A stretch of 64,000 nucleotides of DNA. It comes from Tagaea sp. Lineage in GTDB: Bacteria > Pseudomonadota > Alphaproteobacteria > CACIAM-22H2. Every line of letters begins with the position of its first letter. Position 1 is the stretch's first letter. A program made the translations under genes and the position numbers. Where the stretch lies: assembly GCA_965279525.1 (NCBI GenBank), contig CBDIIB010000004.1, positions 32,001 through 96,000 on the forward strand. The letters are read 5' to 3'. The notes under the pieces were generated by a model. It did no database searches, was not told where the DNA came from, and saw only the letters and a program-made list of their open reading frames with translations. Below, piece by piece: positions 9,887 through 19,121 of the stretch.

Positions 9887-11178
9887 CGTGCGCTTGCCAC
9901 TGCCTCGCCGAGACGCTTCACCGCCTGATCCGGCGTGATGGCCTTGTTCTTCACGAACTCGGTCAGCACGTCGATCATAGCCGCGGTGATTCCGTTCTCC
10001 TGCGCCATGTTGTGCGCGAGACTGAGAACGGACTGGTTGATGGCGACCGACTCCTTGAGCGTGCGTGCCGCCTCGACCTGACCGGCGGACCAGCCGGCGC
10101 CCGAGAGATCGACGTCGGTGCGCACCGGGATCGAGCCGGTGATCTGCGAATACATCGTCTGGATCTCGGGCATCATGACCAGCTCGGCCATGAGCTTCTG
10201 GCCCGCCTGGAGATCGGCTTCCTTGCGCTGCCAGAAGATGAAGGCGTCCGCATTGAGCACGAAGACCGGCTTGCCGTTGTCCGTCGGCCCCGGCGCGATG
10301 ATGAAGTCGTCGAGCTTGAAGCCGCCGTTGAGCAGCACGCCCTGCGCCCAGCCGCCTTGGATCAGCATGCCCATCTCGCCGGCCACGAAGCGCGGTAGGA
10401 AAACCGAGAAGTGCTGTGCCGCAGTATTGGGATCCATCCAGTCGGCGATCTTGCGCAGTTGCGCGAACGCCGCGCGCACCTCCGGGCTGCCAAGCGCCTT
10501 GTCGTCGAGTTCCATGATCGCCTTGCGGTAGACGCCGGGGCTGATGCCCGCGAGAACGGCCTCGAACTTCTGGCCGTCGTCGGCGCGCGCGCCTCCGTTG
10601 GCGACCGGGTAAGGGACGCCGGCCGCCTTCATCTTCTCGCCGAGTTCGTTGAACTGGGCCCAGGTGGTCGGGATCTTGTCCGCCTTGGCCTTGTCCATCG
10701 CGCGTTTGGACAGGAACAGCGTGTTTGTACGGTAGACCTGCAGCGGCAGGGCCGACCATTTCCCGCCCGGCTTGTGCAGTCTCGCGAGATCGGGCGCCAC
10801 GACCTTCTCGTAGCCGGCGGCGGCTACCGTCGCGTCGAGATTCACCGTCGGCGCGATCTTGGACCACGCCGCAATCTCGGGCCCCTTGAGCTGCGAGCAG
10901 GCCGGCGGGTCGCCGGAAATGATCTGCGCGCGAAGCTTGTTCATCATGTCGGTCGTGAAGCCGGGGACAGGCGAGTGCTGCCACACGCCGCCGCGCTCCT
11001 CGAACTTCTTGCCGAGCGCGGTGATCGCGGCGCCATCGCTGCCGGCGGACCACTGGGAAATTGCCGTCAGTCGGGGCTTCACCGCCTGGGCGCGGGTGGC
11101 GAACGGCGTGGCCACCAGCGGCGCGGCCATGAGGCCGGCGGCACCGGCGAGGACGGAACGACGATGCATGGACGTCAT
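9883..11178 (-). CDS. Sugar ABC substrate-binding protein with Tat signal
   Basis: RRSVL twin-arginine signal; family-1 SBP-like; heads the ABC operon. Confidence 0.9.
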   Translation of the reverse strand: MTSMHRRSVLAGAAGLMAAPLVATPFATRAQAVKPRLTAISQWSAGSDGAAITALGKKFEERGGVWQHSPVPGFTTDMMNKLRAQIISGDPPACSQLKGPEIAAWSKIAPTVNLDATVAAAGYEKVVAPDLARLHKPGGKWSALPLQVYRTNTLFLSKRAMDKAKADKIPTTWAQFNELGEKMKAAGVPYPVANGGARADDGQKFEAVLAGISPGVYRKAIMELDDKALGSPEVRAAFAQLRKIADWMDPNTAAQHFSVFLPRFVAGEMGMLIQGGWAQGVLLNGGFKLDDFIIAPGPTDNGKPVFVLNADAFIFWQRKEADLQAGQKLMAELVMMPEIQTMYSQITGSIPVRTDVDLSGAGWSAGQVEAARTLKESVAINQSVLSLAHNMAQENGITAAMIDVLTEFVKNKAITPDQAVKRLGEAVASAR

Positions 11179-11287
11179 GGGGTTTCCTCTTCAGTTTTTC
11201 GCCAATTATTGTGACTGCTGTTGGCAAGACGAGGGTAGCGCGTAATTTGGCGGTAGCAATCGTTTTTTGGCGCAGACGACAGATTAG

Positions 11288-11588
11288 CCGATGTTCCCCA
11301 GATGCCCCTCTGGAGCGAGACGACATCCATCAGTCTGTCGGGTTCGCGAGGAGCCACAGTTTTCAGGCACGGTTTCCGCAGCCGTTAGCGGTGTTTGCGT
11401 CGTCGACTTTTCTCTTGTCTCCTCACTTTAACGCACTCCTTCCTTGGTGACGTCTCATTCGTGCCGTTCTGGTCCTAAGTTGGAGGCTGTCGTGGTCGCA
11501 GCCTGTCGATCAGCCGCAGGATGCGCTCGAGCGGCTCCTTCGGGACTGCGAACTCGGTCATCTGAAAGATGGCGTAGCGTGCGTGGCG
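11288..11588 (-). mobile_element. IS1380-family remnant (transposase C-terminus and probable right end)
   Basis: RHARYAIFQMTEFAVPKEPLERILRLIDRLRP* at 11588-11475; possible end CATCTGGGGAACATCGG at 11304-11288. Confidence 0.6.
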
Positions 11589-11590
11589 CT

Positions 11591-11770
11591 CGTCGATCAC
11601 GATGGAAGCGGAACTCTTCGTCGAGGCTCTGGAAGAAGCGCCAATCCGCTACGGCAAGCGGTAGACCTTCAACTCGGATCAGGGCCGCCAGTTAACCTGT
11701 TCCTCGTTCTTCGGCGTGCTTGCCGGCAAGCGCATTGCGATCTGCACTGACTGTAAGGGGGCGTGGCGCA
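11591..11770 (+). pseudogene. IS3-family transposase core fragment
   Basis: TMEAELFVEALEEAPIRYGKR*TFNSDQGRQL...CTDCKGAWR, a degenerate NSDQGSQF...DGKG core. Confidence 0.75.
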
Positions 11771-11944
11771 GGCTTTAGAAGCGTCCCGACGCGATAGCCT
11801 TTAGGGCGGATTTTTCGGTACGCTGTTGAGGAAGCGAGCCGTGAACCACGTGGATCCTATTCAATTGGCAGGTGCCTCTCAAACGTCGCCGAAGTTACGC
11901 ATTGACGGGTAGGGGGCTTGGCGTTCGACGCGCCTTCATTACCC

Positions 11945-12063
11945 TTGGTTTCCATTCATTTCCCTTAAATGCCGGAAATTATGGAAACGGCCATTGAAAT
12001 CATTGAATAACCGAAAGTCTGGGGGACTGGGGGTCGCAGGTTCGAATCCTGTCGCTCCGACCA
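11945..12063 (+). repeat. att junction 1: conserved arm plus tRNA-Pro 3'-half repeat
   Basis: AGTCTGGGGGACTGGGGGTCGCAGGTTCGAATCCTGTCGCTCCGACCA at 12016-12063 identical to the tRNA 3' part. Confidence 0.95.
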
Positions 12064-12080
12064 AATCGACTAGATAAAAC

Positions 12081-12111
12081 AAGGCCTTGGCGAGTGATCG
12101 CCAGGGCCTTT
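12081..12111 (+). terminator. Hairpin terminator type A, second copy
   Basis: AAGGCCTTGGCGA-gtga-TCGCCAGGGCCTTT. Confidence 0.7.
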
Positions 12112-12156
12112 CCTTTGGAAACTACTTGCCAGTTCTATTCCGCTCTGGAGCGGTAC

Positions 12157-12582
12157 TCAACCTGGCGCCTTAAATGCAACTTCCATGCGGCGATGAGCGA
12201 AGCGCCAGCCTTCCTTGCTGCGCACGTAGTCATCGAAATACTGCCCGACCATCATCGGCCCCTGCATCGGCGTCGGGCCATCTTTGGCTGGTTCGACCGA
12301 GCGGTAGAGCGTGAAATACGATGTTCCTCTGGCGTGATCGGCATCGACGACTTCGACCTGGATGTTGGTCGAGATGTGTCGCGTCAGCGACATCGCCTTG
12401 CCGTCGAGATAGCGCCTTATATCGGCGTGCCCCTTGAGCGGACCGATCATCGAGGCCCACGTGCCATCCGCTGCCCAGAGCTTCGTCAGCGCCTCGTGCG
12501 AACGGGCATCGACCAATAGACAGTAGGCGGTGACGAGGCGCGCACATGCGTGCTCGATGGCGATGCGGTCGCTCTCGGTCAT
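12157..12582 (-). CDS. NTF2/SnoaL-like protein
   Basis: MTESDRIAIEHACARLVTAY...TRHISTN...GQYFDDYVR...GWRF. Confidence 0.85.
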   Translation of the reverse strand: MTESDRIAIEHACARLVTAYCLLVDARSHEALTKLWAADGTWASMIGPLKGHADIRRYLDGKAMSLTRHISTNIQVEVVDADHARGTSYFTLYRSVEPAKDGPTPMQGPMMVGQYFDDYVRSKEGWRFAHRRMEVAFKAPG

Positions 12583-13574
12583 GTTCGATCCTTTCGGGGT
12601 GCGACGACGCACTGGGCGATTGCGCCGAAGACGCTGCAGCCCGCACGATCCAGCATCTCGATATGAAGCGTGTCGCCGGCGTCGAGATAGGCGGTGCGCG
12701 GCGCGCCGAATTCCATCGTCTCGAGCATTCGCGTTTCCGCGATGCAGGCCGTGCCGGCGCCGGCATCGCGGTTCGAGACGGTGCCCGATGCGATTAGCGT
12801 GCCGGCGCCCAAGGAGCGCGACAGGCTCGCGTGCGAGACGAGGTCTCGGAAATCGAACGACATGTCGAGACCGGCGTCGGGCCGCCCAAGCGGCTTGTTG
12901 CCGATGCGACAATGCAGCTTCAGCGATACCTTGCCGCCGTCCCAGGCGTCGCCCAATTCGTCGGGTGTGGCGACGACAGGTGCAAGCACGCCCGCCGTCT
13001 TGCCGTGGTACGAGGTCTTGCCCTCGGCCGCCTCGCGCGCGAAGACGGTGCGCAGGCTGACGTCGTTCATCAACGTGACGAGCTTGATATGGACGCCGGC
13101 CGCGTCGCGCGACGTGCCCTGCTTGACGTCGTCGACAATGACGGCGATCTCGCCCTCGATGTCGAGGCCAACGTCACCCGGCGGAAGTTCGATGGGGTCG
13201 TGCGCGGCGAGAAACGGACCTGGCATGCGCACGCTCATCAGCGGCTCGCGCCGGTAAATCTCGGGGAAGGGAGCATTGCGCAGCTTGCGCGCGCGCTCCA
13301 TGTGGGTGAGGTAGACGCTGCTGTCAATCCAGCCGAAGGCACGCGGCAGTGGTGGACCAAGCGCGCCGGGATCAAGGCGGATCGCGTCGGGCGCGCGACC
13401 GCCCTCGAGTCGATCGAATAGCGCAGCGAGCTTCGGCGCCGCCGCGTCCCAGCAATCGAGTGCGGCCTGCAGCGTCGGCGCGATCCCAGTCGCCAAGACA
13501 GCGCGCGCGAGATCGCGGCTGACGACAACCAGCCGGCCGTCACGAGATCCGTCGCGTATGGCGCCGAGCTTCAT
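12579..13574 (-). CDS. Fumarylacetoacetate hydrolase family protein
   Basis: RDGRLVVVSRDL, DIEGEIAV, NDVSLR, SGTVSN. Confidence 0.9.
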   Translation of the reverse strand: MKLGAIRDGSRDGRLVVVSRDLARAVLATGIAPTLQAALDCWDAAAPKLAALFDRLEGGRAPDAIRLDPGALGPPLPRAFGWIDSSVYLTHMERARKLRNAPFPEIYRREPLMSVRMPGPFLAAHDPIELPPGDVGLDIEGEIAVIVDDVKQGTSRDAAGVHIKLVTLMNDVSLRTVFAREAAEGKTSYHGKTAGVLAPVVATPDELGDAWDGGKVSLKLHCRIGNKPLGRPDAGLDMSFDFRDLVSHASLSRSLGAGTLIASGTVSNRDAGAGTACIAETRMLETMEFGAPRTAYLDAGDTLHIEMLDRAGCSVFGAIAQCVVAPRKDRT

Positions 13575-14747
13575 TCAGGCGGACTTTCCGCCGTGGCCCT
13601 TCGCGTCGGGCGCGCTCTTGATCGATCCAAGCCAGGTTTCGGCGTAGCCGAAGAACTCGCCGCCGGCGGGTTGGTCGGCGATCCCGAGCCCATCGAGCGC
13701 GTCGATCATCACCGAGTAGTTCTCGAAGCTCTTGGCTGGATGCGTATGCATGAAAGGCAGCACTTCAGGGTGGGGCCCGTGCGTGATGCCGCGCGGATGC
13801 AGCGTCAGCATGCCGGCGCCGATCGTGTTGCCGCGGCTGCTGAGATTGCCGCTGTGGTAGAAGATCAGTTCGTCATAGTCCTCGTTGTTGTGGAAGAACG
13901 GCAGCTTGATCGCACCAGGATCGGTCTCGATCGGGCGCGGGACGAGCGAGCAGACAACAAAGCGGTCGGCGATGAAGGTTGTGCGGGCCGACGGCGGCAG
14001 ATGAAGGCGCGGGCTGACCACCGCGCGGATATCGCGCAGGTTGAGCCGCACCGGATGGAGGTCACCCTTCCAGCCGACAGCGTCGAGCGGATTGAACGGA
14101 TAGACGATGCGGCCGATCTGGCCGGCACGCCTGACGTCGACGCGCCATTCGCCGTCACGGCGCTGGGCACGGAAGTGCTCGTCGAGTGCTGGCACGTCGA
14201 GCACGCCAGTGTCGAACATCGCGTGCCGCCCGAGCAGGCCCCGGTCTGGCAGGCGGTAGGAGCTGCCTGTTGCCTCGACCATCAAGAGTTCGACAGGCTC
14301 GACCATTTCGAGGCGCCACATCGTGCCGCGCGGCAGCAAGATGTAGTCGCCAGGCTCAAAGGCAAGGTGGCCGTAGTCGCAGAACAGGTGGCCGGTGCCC
14401 TTGTGTACGAACAGCAGTTCGTCGCCGTCGCTGTTCCGCACGAGGTGGTCCATCGAAACGACTCCGCGCCAGATACGGACTTGGACGTGCGCGTTGCCGA
14501 CGAGCGGATGTGCGGCAAGGGGGGATGCCGTCGGCTCGATCACTGACAGCGGGCTGAACGCGCGCGGCCGGATTGGCCCTTCGACGGCCAGCCATGCGGT
14601 TGGTGGATTGCGGTGGTACATGTGCGCGGCCGCGCCGAAGAACCCGTCGCGACCGATCTCGCGCTCGAACGAGTTCGCCGGGATGTCAGCATGTGCCTGC
14701 CGGGCGGCCATCCCCTCGACATGCGGCGTTGCGAGATTGGTAGGCAT
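13575..14747 (-). CDS. hmgA: Homogentisate 1,2-dioxygenase-like
   Basis: RNSDGDELLFVH, PFFHNNEDYDE, THGPHP (Fe ligands H/E/H). Confidence 0.85.
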   Translation of the reverse strand: MPTNLATPHVEGMAARQAHADIPANSFEREIGRDGFFGAAAHMYHRNPPTAWLAVEGPIRPRAFSPLSVIEPTASPLAAHPLVGNAHVQVRIWRGVVSMDHLVRNSDGDELLFVHKGTGHLFCDYGHLAFEPGDYILLPRGTMWRLEMVEPVELLMVEATGSSYRLPDRGLLGRHAMFDTGVLDVPALDEHFRAQRRDGEWRVDVRRAGQIGRIVYPFNPLDAVGWKGDLHPVRLNLRDIRAVVSPRLHLPPSARTTFIADRFVVCSLVPRPIETDPGAIKLPFFHNNEDYDELIFYHSGNLSSRGNTIGAGMLTLHPRGITHGPHPEVLPFMHTHPAKSFENYSVMIDALDGLGIADQPAGGEFFGYAETWLGSIKSAPDAKGHGGKSA

Positions 14748-14795
14748 CGGGCTGTCTCCTCGACTTGGTCAGCTCGTCCGTTTGTGGCGGGTGAT

Positions 14796-14814
14796 GACCG
14801 CAATACGGACAAAT
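14796..14814. promoter_or_regulatory. Putative IclR operator 1
   Basis: GACCGCAATACGGACAAAT upstream of hmgA; related copies at 15832 and 21773. Confidence 0.6.
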
Positions 14815-14881
14815 GTCCATAATTGAAAATAGCCGATGGAAGGCACAGCGACAAGCCCTTCGCGGGCGCCGTATGAGTTGC

Positions 14882-15679
14882 TCAGCTGCGCCAGCCGATC
14901 GGATTATCGGAGCGGACGATGATTTCCTCGATCTCGGCCGCCGCCTTCTTGAGCAGCGGCAGGACATTCTTGCCCATGTCGGCCTTCGACAGGCGCCCAG
15001 TATGGGCGCCGACGCTGAGGCCGGCTGCCACGCGCCCGCTGCGCGCACGCACCGGCACGGCGATCGCCCGCAAGCCTTCCTCGACCTCCTGATCGATCAG
15101 CGCGTAGCCGTTGGTCCGCGTCTCGTCGAGCACGCGCCGTAAATCGGCCTCGCCGATCACCGTGAAGCGTGTGTTGGGCGTGCGCTTGTGGCGGCGCAAG
15201 AATGCGTCGAGATCTTTGGGCGCAAGGTCGGCCAGCATCACCCGGCCGATCGAATTGCAGAACGCCGGCAGGCGCGAGCCGAGATTCACCTGCAGGCCCA
15301 TCAGGTGCTTGGGCGGCACGCGTGCGACGTAGACGACATCGGCGCCGTCGAGAACACCCATCGTGCAGGACTCATTCAGCGTCTCGACGACTTGTTGCAT
15401 GATCGGCAGCGGTGCTTCCCAGATGCGCAGTGACGAAAGGTAGGCAAAGCCTAGATCGAGAGTACGCGGTGCGAGCCAGAACTTCTTGCCATCCGTGCGG
15501 ACATAGCCGAGCGCTTCGAGCGTCAGCAGGAAGCGCCGCGCGGTTGGCCGCGACAGGCCGGTTCGCTCGGCTACCTCGGCGAGCGTCTGGCTCGCCGAGT
15601 TTTCACCGAAACTCTTGATGACGGTGAGGCCGCGCGCCAGCGACGTGACAAAATCCTGCGAGTCTTCGTCAATCGCCAT
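14882..15679 (-). CDS. IclR-family regulator (PcaR/PobR type)
   Basis: DFVTSLARGL, TARRFLLTL, GSRLPA, DQEVEEGLRAIAVP. Confidence 0.93.
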   Translation of the reverse strand: MAIDEDSQDFVTSLARGLTVIKSFGENSASQTLAEVAERTGLSRPTARRFLLTLEALGYVRTDGKKFWLAPRTLDLGFAYLSSLRIWEAPLPIMQQVVETLNESCTMGVLDGADVVYVARVPPKHLMGLQVNLGSRLPAFCNSIGRVMLADLAPKDLDAFLRRHKRTPNTRFTVIGEADLRRVLDETRTNGYALIDQEVEEGLRAIAVPVRARSGRVAAGLSVGAHTGRLSKADMGKNVLPLLKKAAAEIEEIIVRSDNPIGWRS

Positions 15680-15831
15680 CGGAAGATCCAGATGTTGGAA
15701 AGGGAGTTGCGATTTTGTCCAAGTCACGCGCGATAATCTACTGAATTGCGTTTCCGAATGCGCCGTTTGTGGGCGAGACTCTTGACTCGCCTGCAGGCCG
15801 TCCATACGCTTGTACGCTTAGTGGTCAAAAT

Positions 15832-15850
15832 ATCCGTATCGCGGACAAAT
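15832..15850. promoter_or_regulatory. Putative IclR operator 2
   Basis: ATCCGTATCGCGGACAAAT in the divergent iclR/SDR intergenic region. Confidence 0.6.
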
Positions 15851-15894
15851 GGCCAAAACTGGCCGGCGACTGAAGCGGGGGAAACCGGGCGACG

Positions 15895-16641
15895 ATGGGA
15901 CGTCTTGCAGGCAAAGTCGCGATCGTCACAGGTTCGGCCCGTGGCATGGGAGCGGTCGAGGCGCGGCTGTTCGCGCGTGAGGGTGCCGCCGTCGTCGTTT
16001 GCGATGTGCTCGACGAGCGGGGCCGCAAGACCGCCGCCGACATCTGCGCCGGTGGAGCCGCTGCCATCTATCTCCATCTCGACGTCACATCCCAACCGGA
16101 CTGGCAGGCACTGGCAGAACAGGCGAAGGCCTGGCGCGGCCGCATCGACATCCTCGTCAATAACGCGGGCATCAACATTCGGGGCGGTATCGACAGGCTC
16201 GTGCTCGATGACTGGCACAAGGTCCTTGCGGTCAATCTGACGGGTCCGTTACTCGGCATGAAGACGATCGCGCCTGTCATGCGCGAGACTGGTGGAGGTT
16301 CGATCGTGAACATCGCCTCGAACGCTGCCCTATTGCCGGCGGCATCGGCTGCCTATACGTCCGGCAAGTGGGGCCTGCGCGGCCTCGGCAAGGTCGCCGC
16401 GGCCGAATTCGCGCCTTGGCAGGTACGGGTCAACACGGTCTGCCCCGGCGTGGTGCCGACGGAGCTCAACGAAGGCCAGCCTTATCTCAAAACCGTCGTC
16501 GGCAAGACGCCGCTCGGCCGGATCGGGGCGGCGGAGGACGTCGCCAACGCGGTTCTCTTCCTTGCCTCCGACGAGTCGAACTTCATTACTGGCGCCGACC
16601 TGCCGGTCGATGGCGGTTTTATCGTTGGTGCGGCGCGATGA
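15895..16641 (+). CDS. SDR family oxidoreductase
   Basis: TGSARGMG, NNAG, YTSGK. Confidence 0.92.
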   Translation: MGRLAGKVAIVTGSARGMGAVEARLFAREGAAVVVCDVLDERGRKTAADICAGGAAAIYLHLDVTSQPDWQALAEQAKAWRGRIDILVNNAGINIRGGIDRLVLDDWHKVLAVNLTGPLLGMKTIAPVMRETGGGSIVNIASNAALLPAASAAYTSGKWGLRGLGKVAAAEFAPWQVRVNTVCPGVVPTELNEGQPYLKTVVGKTPLGRIGAAEDVANAVLFLASDESNFITGADLPVDGGFIVGAAR

Positions 16642-16669
16642 GGGCATATCGACAGCGAGGAGCGCAGCC

Positions 16670-17503
16670 ATGAGCGAGAAGAGCAAGAACCGCGCACCGG
16701 TCGCAGTCGTTACGGGCGGGCGCCGCGGGATCGGGCGCGCCATATCCGTGGCGCTCGTCGAAGCGAAGTTCGACGTCGTCATCGTCGATCTCGAGGAGGA
16801 TGCCGACGCACGCGCCACGCTGGCCGAGATCGCCGAGCGCAAGGGCCGCGCGAAGTTCGTTGCCGGCGACATCGGGGCGCTGGACAGGCGTGTTGAACTC
16901 GTTGACGGCATCTTCGCGGCGTTCGGGACAGTGGATTGCCTCGTCAACAACGCCGGCGTTCTGTCGGGCGTGCGTGGGCAGGACCTGCTGACGGTGACGC
17001 CCGACGTCTTCGATCGGGTGATGAATGTCAACCTGCGCGGCACGTTCTTCCTGACGCAGGAAATCGCAAAGCGCATGGTCGCCGAGGACGAGGCTGGAAC
17101 CGGTCGCCCGGTCGGCCGCAGCATCGTTACGATCACTTCGGGGGCCGTCGGCCGCGCACGGACGGATTCCCCGGAATACTCCTTCTCGAAGACGAGCCTG
17201 GCGCTCATGTCGCAGATCTTTGCGGTCCGGCTCGGTCGACATAATATTGCAACTTACGATTTGCGACCCGGCGTCACGCGTACCGAGATGAGCCGCAGTG
17301 CCTGGGGCATGTATGAGGAACTCGTCGAGGAAGGTCGTTTCCCGATCCGCCGACTCGGCCTGCCCGACGACATCGCTCGTGCCGTTGTGACGCTCGCGTC
17401 AGGCGGTCTCTCCTACGTCACCGGTGGATTCATCACAATCGACGGCGGGTTCGGCATCCCAGCATCTGTCATGCCGCGTCGCCCGCCCGCTGACAAGAAA
17501 TAG
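16670..17503 (+). CDS. SDR family oxidoreductase
   Basis: TGGRRGIG, NNAG, YSFSK; AGGAG RBS before ATG 16670. Confidence 0.92.
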   Translation: MSEKSKNRAPVAVVTGGRRGIGRAISVALVEAKFDVVIVDLEEDADARATLAEIAERKGRAKFVAGDIGALDRRVELVDGIFAAFGTVDCLVNNAGVLSGVRGQDLLTVTPDVFDRVMNVNLRGTFFLTQEIAKRMVAEDEAGTGRPVGRSIVTITSGAVGRARTDSPEYSFSKTSLALMSQIFAVRLGRHNIATYDLRPGVTRTEMSRSAWGMYEELVEEGRFPIRRLGLPDDIARAVVTLASGGLSYVTGGFITIDGGFGIPASVMPRRPPADKK

Positions 17504-17518
17504 CGGCGGCCGGCGCGC

Positions 17519-18118
17519 ATGTATTATGACCCACGCAAGAAAGACCATGGCCTGCCGCATGACCCGTTCACCGCGCTGGTCGTGCCACGCCCGATCGGCT
17601 GGATCTCAACCCTCGACCGGGAAGGGCGGGTCAATCTGGCGCCGTACAGCTACTTCAACGCGCTGTCGGGACGGCCACCCTTCGTGATGTTCTCGAGCAC
17701 GCCAGCCAAGCATTCGCAGACCAACGCCGAGGCGACAGGCGAGTTCGTCGCAAATCTCGCTACCTACGACCTGCGCAAGGAGGTCAACGCGACATCAGAG
17801 GCCGTGCCGGCCGGCGTCGACGAAGCAGCCCTCGTCGGTCTCGAGATGGTGGCGTCTGTTGCCGTCCGGCCACCGCGCGTCAAGCGCTCGCCGGTCGCGC
17901 TGGAGTGCCTCTACAACAGCAGCGTGGTACTGCGCCCGCGCGACGGGTCGACGATGTCGACCACCATTGTCCTCGGCGAAGTCGTCGGAATCCATATAGA
18001 TGACTCACTGCTCGTCGACGGACGCGTTGACTTCCTGAAGATGCGCCCGCTTGCGCGGCTCGGCTACATGGATTACGGCACACTCGATACGGTGTTCGAA
18101 ATGAAGCGTCCCGGCTGA
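17519..18118 (+). CDS. Flavin reductase-like protein
   Basis: VPRPIGWIST, NLAPYSYFN, PLARLG. Confidence 0.9.
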   Translation: MYYDPRKKDHGLPHDPFTALVVPRPIGWISTLDREGRVNLAPYSYFNALSGRPPFVMFSSTPAKHSQTNAEATGEFVANLATYDLRKEVNATSEAVPAGVDEAALVGLEMVASVAVRPPRVKRSPVALECLYNSSVVLRPRDGSTMSTTIVLGEVVGIHIDDSLLVDGRVDFLKMRPLARLGYMDYGTLDTVFEMKRPG

Positions 18119-18137
18119 CCGCGAAGGAGATGCCGCG

Positions 18138-19121
18138 TTGACAGTCTGGCTTCTCCGCCGTCTGCTTCAGGCCGTTTTCGTCATCTGGGTGATGACGCTG
18201 ATCGTCTTCGTGGCGCTGCACGTGATCGGCGATCCCGTGGATATTCTCAGCAATCCGGCTTCCGGCGAAGCCGAGCGGCTGCGCATGACGCAGTCACTGG
18301 GCCTCGACAAGCCGCTGTGGCAGCAGTACCTCGCCTTCGTCGGCGGCGCGCTGCAGGGCGACCTTGGCCGCAGCTTCATCTTCAACGACCCGGCGCTGCA
18401 ATTGATCGTCCGTCGCATGCCGGCCACCCTAGAGCTGGCGCTGACGGCTATGTTTCTCGCGGTGCTGATCGGCATTCCGCTCGGTCTCGTCGCCGGCCTT
18501 TTTCCCAAAGCGACCGCGTCGAAGGCAATCATGGCCGGCAGCATTCTCGGCTTCAGCCTGCCGACGTTCTGGGTCGGCCTGATGCTGATCATGGTGTTCA
18601 GCGTCAATCTTGGTTGGCTGCCGACGACCGGGCGCGGCAAGACGGCCGAGCTGTTCGGCATTCAGTGGTCGTTCCTGACCACCGACGGACTGAGACATCT
18701 GTTCATGCCGGCGCTCAATCTGGCGCTGTTCCAGCTTTCGCTGGTGCTGCGCCTGACGCGCGCAGGTGTGCGCGAGACGCTGCCGCTGGATTTCGTCAAG
18801 TTTGCGCACGCCAAGGGCCTCACGAAGAGACGCGTCGTGTTGGTGCACGTCCTCAAGAACATCCTGATCCCGGTCGTGACGGTCGTCGGGCTCGAGTTCG
18901 GATCGACCGTCGCCTATGCGGTCGTGACCGAGACCATCTTCGCGTGGCCCGGAATGGGAAAGCTCATCATCGACAGCATCTACACGCTAGATAGGCCGGT
19001 AATCGTCGCCTACCTGATGCTGGTCGTCGTATTTTTCACGTTCATCAATCTCGCGGTCGATCTCGTCTACACGTTCCTCGACCCGCGTGTGCGGCTTGAA
19101 ACACGAGGTAACACCGGATGA
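18138..19121 (+). CDS. Peptide/nickel ABC permease (DppB type)
   Basis: GLDKPLWQQY, PATLEL, AKGL, ETIFAWPGMG. Confidence 0.93.
   Translation: MTVWLLRRLLQAVFVIWVMTLIVFVALHVIGDPVDILSNPASGEAERLRMTQSLGLDKPLWQQYLAFVGGALQGDLGRSFIFNDPALQLIVRRMPATLELALTAMFLAVLIGIPLGLVAGLFPKATASKAIMAGSILGFSLPTFWVGLMLIMVFSVNLGWLPTTGRGKTAELFGIQWSFLTTDGLRHLFMPALNLALFQLSLVLRLTRAGVRETLPLDFVKFAHAKGLTKRRVVLVHVLKNILIPVVTVVGLEFGSTVAYAVVTETIFAWPGMGKLIIDSIYTLDRPVIVAYLMLVVVFFTFINLAVDLVYTFLDPRVRLETRGNTG

Larger units (their letters stand above)
1450..12063. mobile_element. att-bounded cargo unit 1 (sugar/sugar-acid catabolism), no integrase seen
   Basis: Flanked by tRNA-Pro and an exact 48-bp 3'-half repeat at 12016-12063. Confidence 0.75.

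Noticed and set aside
11948-11988. Arm inverted repeat as an integron attC site
   Set aside because: Order is GTT...AAC rather than RYYYAAC...GTTRRRY, pairing is poorly kept in other copies, and no intI is seen.
12016-12063. Extra tRNA-Pro genes at 12016, 24547, 30881 and 52926
   Set aside because: They lack the 5' acceptor strand and D arm; they are att-type 3'-half repeats.
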